Part shown: piece after piece, positions 19,535 to 29,022 of the stretch | Position numbering within the stretch: the stretch's first letter is position 1 | Layout: each line of letters begins with the position of its first letter | From: an uncultured Pseudomonadales bacterium | GTDB taxonomy: Bacteria; Pseudomonadota; Gammaproteobacteria; Pseudomonadales; UBA7239 | Reading direction: 5' to 3' | Length of the DNA stretch: 64,000 bases | NCBI GenBank assembly: GCA_964509075.1 | Contig: CAZDWC010000004.1 | Span: forward strand, 30,940-94,939 | Translations under genes and position numbers: made by a program | The notes under the pieces: model-generated | Database searches by the model: none | What the model saw: the letters and a program-made list of their open reading frames with translations, nothing else | What the model was told of the DNA's origin: nothing

Positions 19535-19546
19535 GGCGATCTCCTG

Positions 19547-20422
19547 TCAGCCGAAACGGCCAGTAATGTAGGCTTCTGTCAATTTATGCTGGGGATTGGT
19601 GAATACACGTTCGGTGTCATTCACTTCAATCAGACGTCCGAGGTGAAAATAAGCCGTGCGCTGCGACACGCGCGCCGCCTGTTGCATTGAGTGCGTAACG
19701 ATGGCAATCGTGTAATTTTCGGAAAGCTCGGCAATCAGCTCCTCAATTTTTGCCGTAGCGATCGGATCCAGTGCTGAACAAGGCTCGTCCATCAGAATGA
19801 CTTCCGGATTCACTGCAATAGTGCGCGCAATGCACAAACGCTGCTGCTGACCGCCAGAGAGGCCAGTGCCCGGTTGGTCGAGGCGGTCTTTCACCTCTTC
19901 CCACAAACCGGCACGACGCAAACTGGTTTCGACAATTTCATCGAACTCGATGCGGCGGTGTGCCAGTCCGTGAATGCGCGGCCCGTAAGCCACGTTGTCG
20001 TAAATGGATTTGGGGAACGGATTGGGCTTCTGGAATACCATGCCCACGCGCGCGCGCAACGGCACCACGTCCATCTTGCCATAAATATTTTCCTGCTCGA
20101 GGCAGATGTTTCCCGTTACACGGCAACCGACAATCGTGTCATTCATGCGGTTCAGACAGCGCAGCAACGTGGATTTGCCGCAACCGGAAGGTCCGATCAT
20201 CGCCAGCACTTCATTCTTGGCAATATCCAGTTCAACGTTATAAATCGCCTGTTTCTCGCCGTAAAAAACATTGACATCGCGCAAGGTGATGTTGGGATCA
20301 TCCGTCAACGGTTTGCCGACGGCCTTTTCCGGGTAATCGCTGTTTTTCATCATCGCTGTGCTGCTCGGTTTTGATTGGGCACCCAGTGCCGTTTCGGACA
20401 GGTATTCTGCTGCAGTATTCAT
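19547..20422 (-). CDS. pstB: Phosphate ABC transporter ATP-binding protein PstB
   Basis: Walker [10 protein letters not shown], signature [13 protein letters not shown], Walker B LMDEP. Confidence 0.95.
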   Translation of the reverse strand: MNTAAEYLSETALGAQSKPSSTAMMKNSDYPEKAVGKPLTDDPNITLRDVNVFYGEKQAIYNVELDIAKNEVLAMIGPSGCGKSTLLRCLNRMNDTIVGCRVTGNICLEQENIYGKMDVVPLRARVGMVFQKPNPFPKSIYDNVAYGPRIHGLAHRRIEFDEIVETSLRRAGLWEEVKDRLDQPGTGLSGGQQQRLCIARTIAVNPEVILMDEPCSALDPIATAKIEELIAELSENYTIAIVTHSMQQAARVSQRTAYFHLGRLIEVNDTERVFTNPQHKLTEAYITGRFG

Positions 20423-20423
20423 A

Positions 20424-21731
20424 TTACCACCTCCGTTCCAGACGGTTGCGCAGCCAGACAGCTGCTGCGTTCATGACGACCAGAAATGCCAGGAGCACCA
20501 TGATTGCCGCAGAAGTACGCTCGACAAATGCACGTTCGGAAGAATCAGCCCACAAATAAATCTGCACCGGCAATGCGGTGGCAGCATCGGTAAAGCCCTG
20601 TGGCACATCGACGATAAATGCAACCATGCCGATCATCAGCAGCGGTGCCGACTCGCCCAGCGCGCGCGCCATGCCAATAATGGCGCCGGTAAGCATGCCC
20701 GGCATCGCCAATGGTATGACGTGATGCGTGACCGTTTGCATGTGCGAGGCACCAATACCCAGAGCCGCTTCGCGAATGGAAGGCGGCACGGATTTTATGG
20801 CAGCTCGACTGGAGATGATGATTGTCGGCAGCGTCATGAATGTGAGTACCAGACCACCAACCAGCGGCACTGAACGCGGCATACCGAAAAGGCCAATGAA
20901 GACCGCCAAACCGAGCAAACCGAAAATAATGGACGGCACCGCAGCCAAGTTATTGATATTGACCTCGATGAAGTCCGTGAAACGATTCTTCGGCGCAAAC
21001 TCTTCCAGATATACAGCAGCCGCAACCCCGATGGGAAACGACAACAACAATGTCACCAGCAAGGTCAGCGCCGAACCTGCCAGTGCACTGCGGATACCTG
21101 CCTGTTCAGGTTCACGCGAATCGCCATTCTGGAAAAAAATATTGTTGAAACGCAATTGTACACGACCGTCTTTGATCCATGTGTTCAACCAGGCAATCTG
21201 TTTCTCATTCATGCGCTGCTCGCCCACAATGGCCTCACCATATTCGTGTTTGAAATAGGTATCAGCTTCATCATCCAGCATGATCCATACAGGCTGCTTC
21301 TGACCAAGCAGTTGCGGCTGCTCTCGCAGCAGTTGTCGCACCTGTTCCCCAGCACCAGAGCTCACCAGTTCATACAAGGCCTTCTTGTCGGCACGCGCGG
21401 TGACATCCGGAAACTGCTCCAGCAATGCCGCCTTGATCACGGCATCGACATTGGCGTGCGCCAATTCATCCGCACTGGCGGAAGCAATGCCGAGTTTTTC
21501 CGCATCCAGTGTCACATCTACATGCAACCAGGATTGTCGAAACGCGCTCACGCCCTTGCTGCCAATATCGGCAAACAATACCACCACGCAGGCAATACCA
21601 AAGATAACGGACAGCAAACCGAGAGCGCGAAAAGTTTTTTCCTTGCGATAACGGCGCTTCAGGCTTTTATACACCTGTTCGCGGGTTGTGGCATGGTAGT
21701 CGGCCACAGACGTCTTCATGGAATCATTCAT
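20424..21731 (-). CDS. pstA: Phosphate ABC transporter permease PstA (long form)
   Basis: 435 aa. A large periplasmic insert follows TM1, and the C-terminal part is an ABC permease core. Sits between pstC and pstB. Confidence 0.92.
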   Translation of the reverse strand: MNDSMKTSVADYHATTREQVYKSLKRRYRKEKTFRALGLLSVIFGIACVVVLFADIGSKGVSAFRQSWLHVDVTLDAEKLGIASASADELAHANVDAVIKAALLEQFPDVTARADKKALYELVSSGAGEQVRQLLREQPQLLGQKQPVWIMLDDEADTYFKHEYGEAIVGEQRMNEKQIAWLNTWIKDGRVQLRFNNIFFQNGDSREPEQAGIRSALAGSALTLLVTLLLSFPIGVAAAVYLEEFAPKNRFTDFIEVNINNLAAVPSIIFGLLGLAVFIGLFGMPRSVPLVGGLVLTFMTLPTIIISSRAAIKSVPPSIREAALGIGASHMQTVTHHVIPLAMPGMLTGAIIGMARALGESAPLLMIGMVAFIVDVPQGFTDAATALPVQIYLWADSSERAFVERTSAAIMVLLAFLVVMNAAAVWLRNRLERRW

Positions 21732-21737
21732 CAGCGA

Positions 21738-23123
21738 TCACTCGTATTGTTCGCGATATTTCTTGACGATGTGCAATGCGATGACATTGAACAGCAACGT
21801 CACCACAAACAGCACCAGACCGAGCGCAAATGCCGCCAGCGTTTTCGGGCTGTCAAACTCCTGATCGCCTACCAACAGCGTTGCAATCTGCACTGTCACC
21901 GTTGTCACAGCCTCCAGCGGGTTGGCAGTGAGTTTTGCCGACATGCCTGCCGCCATCACCACGATCATGGTTTCGCCGATGGCACGACTCACCGCCAGCA
22001 ACACGCCGCCGACAATGCCGGGCAATGCTGCAGGAATAATCACTTTTGTAATCGTCTCTGCCTGCGTGGCGCCCAGCGCATAGCTGCCGTCACGCATCGC
22101 CTGCGGCACGGCATTAATGACATCATCGGCCAGAGAGGAAATGAACGGGATGATCATCACGCCCATGACAATGCCTGCTGCCAGCGCACTTTCCGATGCC
22201 ACCGCCAGTCCGACGTGTTCGCCCAGTTCACGAATGAACGGCGCCACCGTCAATGCAGCAAAGAATCCGTAAACCACTGTGGGAATGCCCGCCAGCAATT
22301 CCAGCAAGGGTTTCATGACACGGCGCACGGAATGCCCGGCATATTCTGAGAGATAAATGGCAGACATCAGGCCACAAGGTACCGCAACCAACATGGCAAT
22401 CACGGCAATCAGTGCCGTGCCGGCAAACAGCGGCACAGCGCCGAATGCACCGGAAGAACCTGCCTGATCTGCGCGCATGGCAATCTGCGGACTCCACTCC
22501 AGGCCGAACAGGAATGTCCACCACGGCACGGCATGAAAAAAACGCAGCGACTCAAACAGCACAGACAACACTATGCCGATGGTGGTGAGAATGGCTATAC
22601 AGGCACTCGCCAGCAGAAATGCCCGCCCCACGCCCTCCACCTGCAAGCGTGTGCGCACGTGCGGTGCGATGCGAAGCACACTCACGATAAAACCCGCCAC
22701 GGCCAACACCAGCAGCAATGCGCTGACGAGACGCTGATGGCGGATGACAACATCATGATAGATGGCAGCGGCCTGCACTATTTCAGCAGGTTGATCCTGC
22801 GTCGACATGCCTGCCGCAATATTTCTGACAGTGTTCAGCAGCAAATCCTGCTCGCCGGCAGACAGCGCATGCCAACTGGCGGGCACTTGCGTCATCAGCA
22901 TGGCAATATTGATCTTGTCGCCGAACAGCAACCACAACCCTAGCAGGAGGACAGCAGGCAGACCACACCAGATGGCCGCCATCATGCCGTAATAGAAAGG
23001 CAGCGAATTGAGGTGATGAATACCGCCCAACGCCAACCCCATACGCAGGGCGCGCTGCTGGCCTACCACATAAGCCAGCACCACCAGCACCATCAGGCAC
23101 GCAAACAAGGTACCGATGTTCAT
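21738..23123 (-). CDS. pstC: Phosphate ABC transporter permease PstC (long form)
   Basis: 461 aa with a permease core containing the EAA-like loop (SRAIGETM). Confidence 0.92.
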   Translation of the reverse strand: MNIGTLFACLMVLVVLAYVVGQQRALRMGLALGGIHHLNSLPFYYGMMAAIWCGLPAVLLLGLWLLFGDKINIAMLMTQVPASWHALSAGEQDLLLNTVRNIAAGMSTQDQPAEIVQAAAIYHDVVIRHQRLVSALLLVLAVAGFIVSVLRIAPHVRTRLQVEGVGRAFLLASACIAILTTIGIVLSVLFESLRFFHAVPWWTFLFGLEWSPQIAMRADQAGSSGAFGAVPLFAGTALIAVIAMLVAVPCGLMSAIYLSEYAGHSVRRVMKPLLELLAGIPTVVYGFFAALTVAPFIRELGEHVGLAVASESALAAGIVMGVMIIPFISSLADDVINAVPQAMRDGSYALGATQAETITKVIIPAALPGIVGGVLLAVSRAIGETMIVVMAAGMSAKLTANPLEAVTTVTVQIATLLVGDQEFDSPKTLAAFALGLVLFVVTLLFNVIALHIVKKYREQYE

Positions 23124-23208
23124 ACGCCAAACCCTCTCTGCAAAAACATCATGCTCACTTGCTCAACTTGAAATGTTGCGTTCAAACGGTAGCTGTTACA
23201 GACAACAA

Positions 23209-23240
23209 AGCCAGCAGCAGATTTTTACCTGCCGCTGGCT
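23209..23240 (-). terminator. Stem-loop between pstS and pstC (partial terminator or processing hairpin candidate)
   Basis: AGCCAGCAGCAG ... CTGCCGCTGGCT forms a 12-bp stem with one mismatch and an 8-nt loop. It is followed on the minus strand by TTGTTG. It lies 19 nt downstream of the pstS stop. Confidence 0.45.
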
Positions 23241-23258
23241 TTGGTATAGCGCCGGAAA

Positions 23259-24308
23259 TCAGAGTTTTTCCGGCAGGACTTTCAGCACCTTGACATCAGC
23301 GGCAACCTGCTTGCGCTCATCTGTGGTCATCGGAATCATGCCCTTGCCGGCCAGATAACCTTCCTCGCCCCAAGCCGCTTCGGAGGTGAATTCAGCCAGG
23401 AACTGCTCAATGCCTGGCACGCTGCCAATATGGCCTTTCTTCACATAGAAGAACAGTGGGCGCGAAACCTTGTATTCACCGCTGGCAATGGTTTCAAAGG
23501 TCGGCAGCTTGCCGTCGACTTCAGAGCCCTGCACCTTGTCGGCATTTTCTTCAAGGAAGCTGAAGCCGAAGATACCGAAGGCATCCTTGTTGGCAACCAG
23601 TTTCTGTACTATCAGGTTGTCGTTCTCACCCGCTTCAATATAAGCGCCGTCTTCGCGCACGCTTTTGCATTTCTTCGAGTAATCATCCTTGTCGATTTTT
23701 TCCAGATTACCGAGCCATGCATACTGTTTGCAGGAGTCTTCGAGCACCAGCTCAACAAATGAATCGCGCGTGCCGGATGTCGGCGGAGGACCAATCACTT
23801 CGATCTTGGTAGCTGGCAAAGACTTGTCAATATCGCTCCACAATTTGTGCGGGTTATCGACCAGCTTCTCGTCACCATTCTTGGCCGGAATCTGTTTCGC
23901 CAGCGCCAGATAAATCTGTTCGCGCGTCAGTTTCATCACCGGCGCCTGCTTGCTGTTCGCAAAAGCGATGCCGTCGTAACCGATCTTGACCTCGACCACC
24001 TCCTTGACACCGTTCTCCATGCACTTGTCCAGCTCGGACTGCTTGATGCGACGCGAGGCATTGGTGATGTCGGGGGTGTCGATACCCGCACCGGCACAGA
24101 ACAGCTTCATGCCGCCACCGGTCCCGGTAGACTCGACCTTCGGTGTCTTGCCGGAAGCCTTGCCATAGTGCTCAGCCACCACAGTGGAAAAGGGGTAAAC
24201 GGTTGAGGAGCCAACCACGTTGATGGTATCGCGACCCGCTGCAGCGGCAGGCGCGGAGAGGCTCGCAGCCGCAAGGGCTACAGAAGCAAAGGCAAGCAGT
24301 TTTTTCAT
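23259..24308 (-). CDS. pstS: Phosphate ABC transporter substrate-binding protein (PstS family)
   Basis: Signal peptide MKKLLAFASVALAAASLSAPAAAA followed by VVGSSTVYPF. Start chosen at 24308, preceded by GGAGA. The track ORF extends to 24455. Confidence 0.9.
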   Translation of the reverse strand: MKKLLAFASVALAAASLSAPAAAAGRDTINVVGSSTVYPFSTVVAEHYGKASGKTPKVESTGTGGGMKLFCAGAGIDTPDITNASRRIKQSELDKCMENGVKEVVEVKIGYDGIAFANSKQAPVMKLTREQIYLALAKQIPAKNGDEKLVDNPHKLWSDIDKSLPATKIEVIGPPPTSGTRDSFVELVLEDSCKQYAWLGNLEKIDKDDYSKKCKSVREDGAYIEAGENDNLIVQKLVANKDAFGIFGFSFLEENADKVQGSEVDGKLPTFETIASGEYKVSRPLFFYVKKGHIGSVPGIEQFLAEFTSEAAWGEEGYLAGKGMIPMTTDERKQVAADVKVLKVLPEKL

Positions 24309-24396
24309 GGAATGTCTCCGGTAAGCACTGTTCATACAGGGTTTGATTGAAACAGAACGCAGCTTAGGCAGTGGCGGTGACAAGACTATGAACGAA

Positions 24397-24416
24397 TTAT
24401 GACAGTTATATGACAG
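24397..24416 (-). promoter_or_regulatory. Pho box (PhoB binding site) upstream of pstS
   Basis: The minus strand reads CTGTCATATAACTGTCATAA, two direct CTGTCAT repeats 11 bp apart, matching the consensus CTGTCATAWAWCTGTCAY. It lies ~90 nt upstream of the pstS ATG and is followed by CATAGT as a possible -10. Confidence 0.75.
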
Positions 24417-24472
24417 CCGCGCCGTTTCCGGATACTCTTCGCGCCTCTGACACACAGCCCGCCAGGTGACCC

Positions 24473-25111
24473 ATGTTCGGCCGATTCATGCCACGCGAAG
24501 TCAAGTTCTTTGATCTGTTCAACGCCCACACCAAAGAGATAGTACGGGGTGCCGACGCCCTGGTGGCGGTGATGGCGGCCCTCGCCCAGTCGCCGGAAGC
24601 CGCCGCCGCCCACGCCGCGACACTGGATGCCATCGAGGAGCGCGCTGACAAGATTGCCGACGAAACCCTGGCCCTGCTGCACGCTACCTTTATAACCCCG
24701 CTGGATCGCGACGAGATACATCAATTGATCAAGCATCTCGACGATGTACTGGACACCATTCAGGATGCCGGCGGCACGATCAACACCTACGATATCCGCC
24801 GCGCCACGCCGGAGGCTATCCGTTTCTCCGAAATCATCCGCGCATCGGCACAGTGCGTGGAGAAAGCCGTGGCCATGCTCAGCAACATGAAAAATGGCCC
24901 GGCCATCCTCGACATCTGCAAGCAGATCAGCACCCTGGAATCCGATGCCGACTGCGTATTGCGCGAGGCGATGTCCAAACTGTTCCGCGAGGAGCCGGAC
25001 GTGCGCGAGCTGATCAAGCTCAAGGTCATGTACGAACTGCTGGAAACGGTCACCGACTGCTGCAAGCGCGTGGCCACCATCCTGGAAGCCATCGTCCTCG
25101 AAAACTCTTGA
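24473..25111 (+). CDS. DUF47 (PhoU-like, YkaA-type) protein associated with Pit
   Basis: 212 aa. MFGRFMPREVKFFDLFNAHTKEIV is the typical DUF47/TIGR00153-type opening. It sits immediately upstream of a PiT-family transporter, as is usual for this family. Confidence 0.85.
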   Translation: MFGRFMPREVKFFDLFNAHTKEIVRGADALVAVMAALAQSPEAAAAHAATLDAIEERADKIADETLALLHATFITPLDRDEIHQLIKHLDDVLDTIQDAGGTINTYDIRRATPEAIRFSEIIRASAQCVEKAVAMLSNMKNGPAILDICKQISTLESDADCVLREAMSKLFREEPDVRELIKLKVMYELLETVTDCCKRVATILEAIVLENS

Positions 25112-25127
25112 ACGGCAGGTACTGACC

Positions 25128-26135
25128 ATGGATCACCTGACCATGTCTTTCGGCGTGCTGGCCTTTCTGGTGGCCCTGGCACTGGCCTTCGACTTCATGA
25201 ACGGCTTCCACGATGCGGCCAACGCCATCGCCACCGTGGTTTCAACCCGCGTCCTCAAGCCCTACCAGGCCGTGATGCTGGCCACCGTGTTCAACTTCGT
25301 CGCCATCTGGGTGTTCCAGCTCAAGGTGGCCGCCATGGTGGGCAAGGGCACCATCGATCCCTCCATCGTCGACCATTACGTGGTATTCGGTGCGCTGATC
25401 GGCGCCATCGTCTGGAACATCATCACCTGGTATTACGGCATCCCTTCATCCTCTTCACATGCCCTGATCGGCGGGCTGATCGGCGCGGCGCTGGCCAAAT
25501 CCGGCCCGGATGCACTGATCTCGGCAGGCATTACCAAGGCGGTCACCTTCATTTTCGTGTCGCCCCTGGTCGGCATGTTGCTGGGTGGCTTGATCATGCT
25601 GCTGATCTCGTGGGTCTGCCGCGGCACCACGCCACGCAAGGTCGATACCTGGTCACGTCGCCTGCAGCTGATTTCTGCCTCGGCCTACGCCCTGGGTCAC
25701 GGCGGCAACGACGCCCAGAAAACCATCGGCATTATCTGGATGCTGCTGATTGCAGCCGGGGTCTGCGGCAAGGATGAGCACGTGCCGTACTGGGTGGTGG
25801 TGGCCTGCTATGGCGCCATTGGTCTCGGCACCGCCTTCGGTGGCTGGCGCATCATCAAACTCATGGGACAGAAGATCACCAAACTGCGCCCGGTGGGTGG
25901 CTTCGCCGCACAGACCGCCGGTTCCATCATGCTGTTTGCCGCCACCTCCTTCGGCATTCCCGTCTCCACCACACACACCATCACCGGCGCCATTGTTGGT
26001 GTCGGTGCCAACCGCAAGCTCTCGGCCGTGCGCTGGGGCGTTGCCGGCACGATTGTCTGGGCGTGGATTTTCACCATTCCCGCCAGCGCGCTGATCTCGG
26101 CTTGCTGCTGGTGGCTGGGGCGGTTGGTGCTGTAA
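25128..26135 (+). CDS. pit: Inorganic phosphate transporter, PiT family
   Basis: 335 aa. PHO4 signatures GFHDAANAIATVVST and GHGGNDAQK. Confidence 0.92.
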   Translation: MDHLTMSFGVLAFLVALALAFDFMNGFHDAANAIATVVSTRVLKPYQAVMLATVFNFVAIWVFQLKVAAMVGKGTIDPSIVDHYVVFGALIGAIVWNIITWYYGIPSSSSHALIGGLIGAALAKSGPDALISAGITKAVTFIFVSPLVGMLLGGLIMLLISWVCRGTTPRKVDTWSRRLQLISASAYALGHGGNDAQKTIGIIWMLLIAAGVCGKDEHVPYWVVVACYGAIGLGTAFGGWRIIKLMGQKITKLRPVGGFAAQTAGSIMLFAATSFGIPVSTTHTITGAIVGVGANRKLSAVRWGVAGTIVWAWIFTIPASALISACCWWLGRLVL

Positions 26136-26245
26136 ACAGCCCTCCCCTCCGGTTCACGCCGCGAACCACCTCCCCCCCTATCAGGGGAGGAGCAAACTCT
26201 CCCCCTGACAAGGGGGAGTACGCCGAAGGCGGGAGGGGGGTCAGG
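26136..26245. repeat. Cluster of GC-rich REP-like mini-hairpins between convergent genes
   Basis: Four consecutive hairpins: GGTTC-N7-GAACC, CCTCCCC..GGGGAGG, CTCCCCCT-GACA-AGGGGGAG, and CGCC-GAA-GGCG. The segment CAAACTCTCCCCCTGACAAGGGGGAGTACGC (26193-26223) is near-identical to part of the repeats at 43407-43529 and 43935-44056. Confidence 0.6.
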
Positions 26246-27980
26246 TTTCCGCCGCTGTCTCCGCCGCCACAAAAGCAAACGTCATCGCCGGCCCGAGCGT
26301 CGAGCCGGCGCCGGCGTAAGAGCGGCCCATCACCGCTGCGGAGCAGTTGCCGCAGGCGTACAACCCTTCGATCACGGAACCATCTTCACGCAACACCTGC
26401 GCATCGGCATTGGTGAGCAGGCCGCCCTTGGTACCGATATCGCCCGCCACCACCGGCACGGCGTAGAACGGCCCGGTTTCCAGCGCGCCCAGATTGGGAT
26501 TGGGGCGACAGGAGGCATCCGAGTAGTAGCGATCCGACGCATTGCTGCCGCGCCCGAAATCCTCGTCCACCCCAGTCTGTGCAAAGCGGTTGAAGCGCAT
26601 CACGCTCTGTTGCAGGTTCTGGGCATCGACGCCGATCTGGTGCGCGAGCGCCGAAATCGTGTCGCCTTTATAAAGCAGCGTATTCCAGTAGCGCTCGGGG
26701 ATTACCGAGTCCGGCATCATGGTGGCTGGGTAAATGGCACCGGCTATCGCGGTCTTGCGGCGGTAGCTGGCATCAAAAATCATCCAGCACGGCACGGCCT
26801 GCCGTTCACCGTCGATGTGATTGGCATACATGCCGTTGACCACGTCGATATACGGCGCCGCTTCATTGGTGAAGCGCTCGCCACGGCTGTTGACGAACAG
26901 GCTGTGCGGCATGCTTTTCTCGAACACCAGGGCATGGCCGTAAGGGCTGCCCGGCACCGTGGTGCCCGGTGTCCACCAGGCATCATCCATCAACGCCAGC
27001 GCCGGGTTGAGCGCTTCGCTCATCTTCAGCGCATCACCGGTGTTGTGCTTGTTGGCAGCCGACCAGTTGGTGTGTGTGGGTTTGGGCAGATAGCGCTGGC
27101 GCAGCACAGGGTCATGCTCGAAGCCACCACTGGCCAGCAACACGCCCTTGCGGGCACGCACGGCGACGGGCCTGCCATCGCGCTCGATGAGCGCGCCGAC
27201 CACGCGGCCCTCCTCCACCAGCAGCTGCCGGGCCGGGCTATTGAGCCACAGCGGCACGCCGCGCTTTTTCAGCGCCAGACGCAAGGGCGCCACCAGCGCA
27301 TTGCCCAGCGTCACCCGCGTGCTGCGCGGGGCGATCAACCGCAAGGGCAAGCCGAGAACATACAGAAAGACGCTTTTCAGCATCGACACATACATCTGCC
27401 AGTCGCCGCGCACACCGTGGTAGGCATCGGCGGCCGTCATGTGCAGCAAGCCGAAAGTTACGCAGGCAGGATGCGGCGGGCGCAGCTGGCGCAGATCCAG
27501 GCCCAGTTTCAGGGTGAGGAAGCGTTTGGCCTCAAGTGTGCGGGCACCGGGTTTGGCACCGGGCGCATTCGGATAGTAGTCACAGTATTTGGGCAGGGCA
27601 TCGCAGACCAGATCGTTGCGCTCTTCAAGGTAGCGCAGCATCTCGGCGCCCTTGCGGATGAACATGCGCAGACGCGATTCTTCCACCTCTCCATCGGTAA
27701 TGCTCTTGAGGTAAGTAAGCGCTTCTTCTTCGCTGTCCTGAACACCGACACCGGGCATGCGGTGATTGTTGGGAATCCAGATGCTGCCACCGGACATCGC
27801 CGAAGTGCCGCCATAGTAGGCGCTCTTTTCCACCACCAGGGTGTCGAGGCCGAGGTCGTGGGCGCGGATGGCCCCGGTCAGGCCACCGGCACCGGTGCCG
27901 ACCACCAGAAAATCTACCTCGACAGTTTCGACTCGCAGGGATTCAGCTTGTGAGGACACCCGGACAACTCCCCCGTACAA
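26241..27980 (-). CDS. FAD-dependent oxidoreductase, 3-oxosteroid 1-dehydrogenase (KstD)-like / fumarate-reductase flavoprotein family
   Basis: 579 aa. N-terminal dinucleotide fold DFLVVGTGAGGLTGA...VVEKSAYYGGTSAMSGG and a C-terminal GLYACGNC motif. Confidence 0.8.
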   Translation of the reverse strand: MYGGVVRVSSQAESLRVETVEVDFLVVGTGAGGLTGAIRAHDLGLDTLVVEKSAYYGGTSAMSGGSIWIPNNHRMPGVGVQDSEEEALTYLKSITDGEVEESRLRMFIRKGAEMLRYLEERNDLVCDALPKYCDYYPNAPGAKPGARTLEAKRFLTLKLGLDLRQLRPPHPACVTFGLLHMTAADAYHGVRGDWQMYVSMLKSVFLYVLGLPLRLIAPRSTRVTLGNALVAPLRLALKKRGVPLWLNSPARQLLVEEGRVVGALIERDGRPVAVRARKGVLLASGGFEHDPVLRQRYLPKPTHTNWSAANKHNTGDALKMSEALNPALALMDDAWWTPGTTVPGSPYGHALVFEKSMPHSLFVNSRGERFTNEAAPYIDVVNGMYANHIDGERQAVPCWMIFDASYRRKTAIAGAIYPATMMPDSVIPERYWNTLLYKGDTISALAHQIGVDAQNLQQSVMRFNRFAQTGVDEDFGRGSNASDRYYSDASCRPNPNLGALETGPFYAVPVVAGDIGTKGGLLTNADAQVLREDGSVIEGLYACGNCSAAVMGRSYAGAGSTLGPAMTFAFVAAETAAET

Positions 27981-28056
27981 CAGAAGAGCAGATCATAGTC
28001 GGGCGATCTGTTTCGTCCCAGACGCAGATCAACCTAAGCGGAATGTGGTGTGAGGT

Positions 28057-28344
28057 TCAGGGTGTTGCTACCTGCACATCCCCGAATACCTTGCTCGCGA
28101 CTTTTTCATTGAAGAACATCACCGTGATCTGGTGTTTGTCGTCCTTCCACACCGCCGTGCCCGCTGAAATGCCCAGCGCACCGCCGCCCTGCGACGATTG
28201 CGGTTCACCGAGAATCTTGATCACCTCGGCCTGTGTCATGCCATTGCTGATCTTGCTGAAGTTTTCCTGCGTCAGTTTGGATCCGCAGGCTGCCAGCACA
28301 AGGCTCAGTGCAGCAATCACCAGACAGCGGGAAACAGTTTTCAT
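28057..28344 (-). CDS. Small lipoprotein (SmpA/OmlA-BamE-like fold candidate)
   Basis: 95 aa. Lipobox LAAC, then TQENFSKISNGMTQAEVIKILGEP. Confidence 0.65.
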   Translation of the reverse strand: MKTVSRCLVIAALSLVLAACGSKLTQENFSKISNGMTQAEVIKILGEPQSSQGGGALGISAGTAVWKDDKHQITVMFFNEKVASKVFGDVQVATP

Positions 28345-28365
28345 GGGCGGGCTCCGATGGGAATT

Positions 28366-29022
28366 TTACAATTTGACCGATTCGCGCAGTGCCTGCATGG
28401 CGGCGTGGCGCTGTTCGGCAGTGAGCGGCTGGCGCGGATGTTCGGGCAGGGCCGGCACGGCAGGAATCTGCAGTTCTTCACCGCGCGCCACACGTTCTGC
28501 CAGTTCGCGGTAGTGCTTTTCGTACACAGGATAGGCCTGCTTTTCCGGCGTGCTGGCGAGGAAGAACCAGTCGCTGGCCAGCCCGGCCAGATACACCGCC
28601 GGGTGCGACCATGGCTGCTCTACTTTCGGTGATGGCGCGAGACAGGCTTCGCGGTAGGCGTCACGCGCATCCGGTAATCCGAGCGCTTCGGCTTCCAGGT
28701 ATTTGAGCACGCCGCGCACGGTCGGCAGGTATTCGGATTCGCGCGTAGCCTGGCGGCCAGCCGCCAGGATCTGTTCCGGCGTGTATGCCGCCAGATGCGT
28801 GAGCCACAGACGCTTGGCGTACATCAGCTTTTCCTTGTCGGGAAACGCCTTCTGGTACTGGTTGTGATAGACCAGCGCGAATTCGGCAAACATCTGGTTT
28901 ACCGCGTCGATCACCGCTTCACGGGCCGGGCCAGCACTGGCGGCTACGCGTTGTGAATTTACGTGTTGCGAGTCAGAGGCCATCGGCCCAGCTGCGATCG
29001 GTGTGTGTGGCGATGAATCCAT
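28366..29022 (-). CDS. Replication protein P family protein (phage lambda P-like helicase-loader homologue)
   Basis: 218 aa. Segments FAEFALVYHNQYQKAFPDKEKLMYAKRLW, LGLPDARDAYREAC, WSHPAVYLAG and RVARGEEL match the conserved blocks I recall for Pfam Phage_lambda_P proteins. The start may instead be the internal Met at 28983. It overlaps the upstream gene in either case. Confidence 0.7.
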   Translation of the reverse strand: MDSSPHTPIAAGPMASDSQHVNSQRVAASAGPAREAVIDAVNQMFAEFALVYHNQYQKAFPDKEKLMYAKRLWLTHLAAYTPEQILAAGRQATRESEYLPTVRGVLKYLEAEALGLPDARDAYREACLAPSPKVEQPWSHPAVYLAGLASDWFFLASTPEKQAYPVYEKHYRELAERVARGEELQIPAVPALPEHPRQPLTAEQRHAAMQALRESVKL

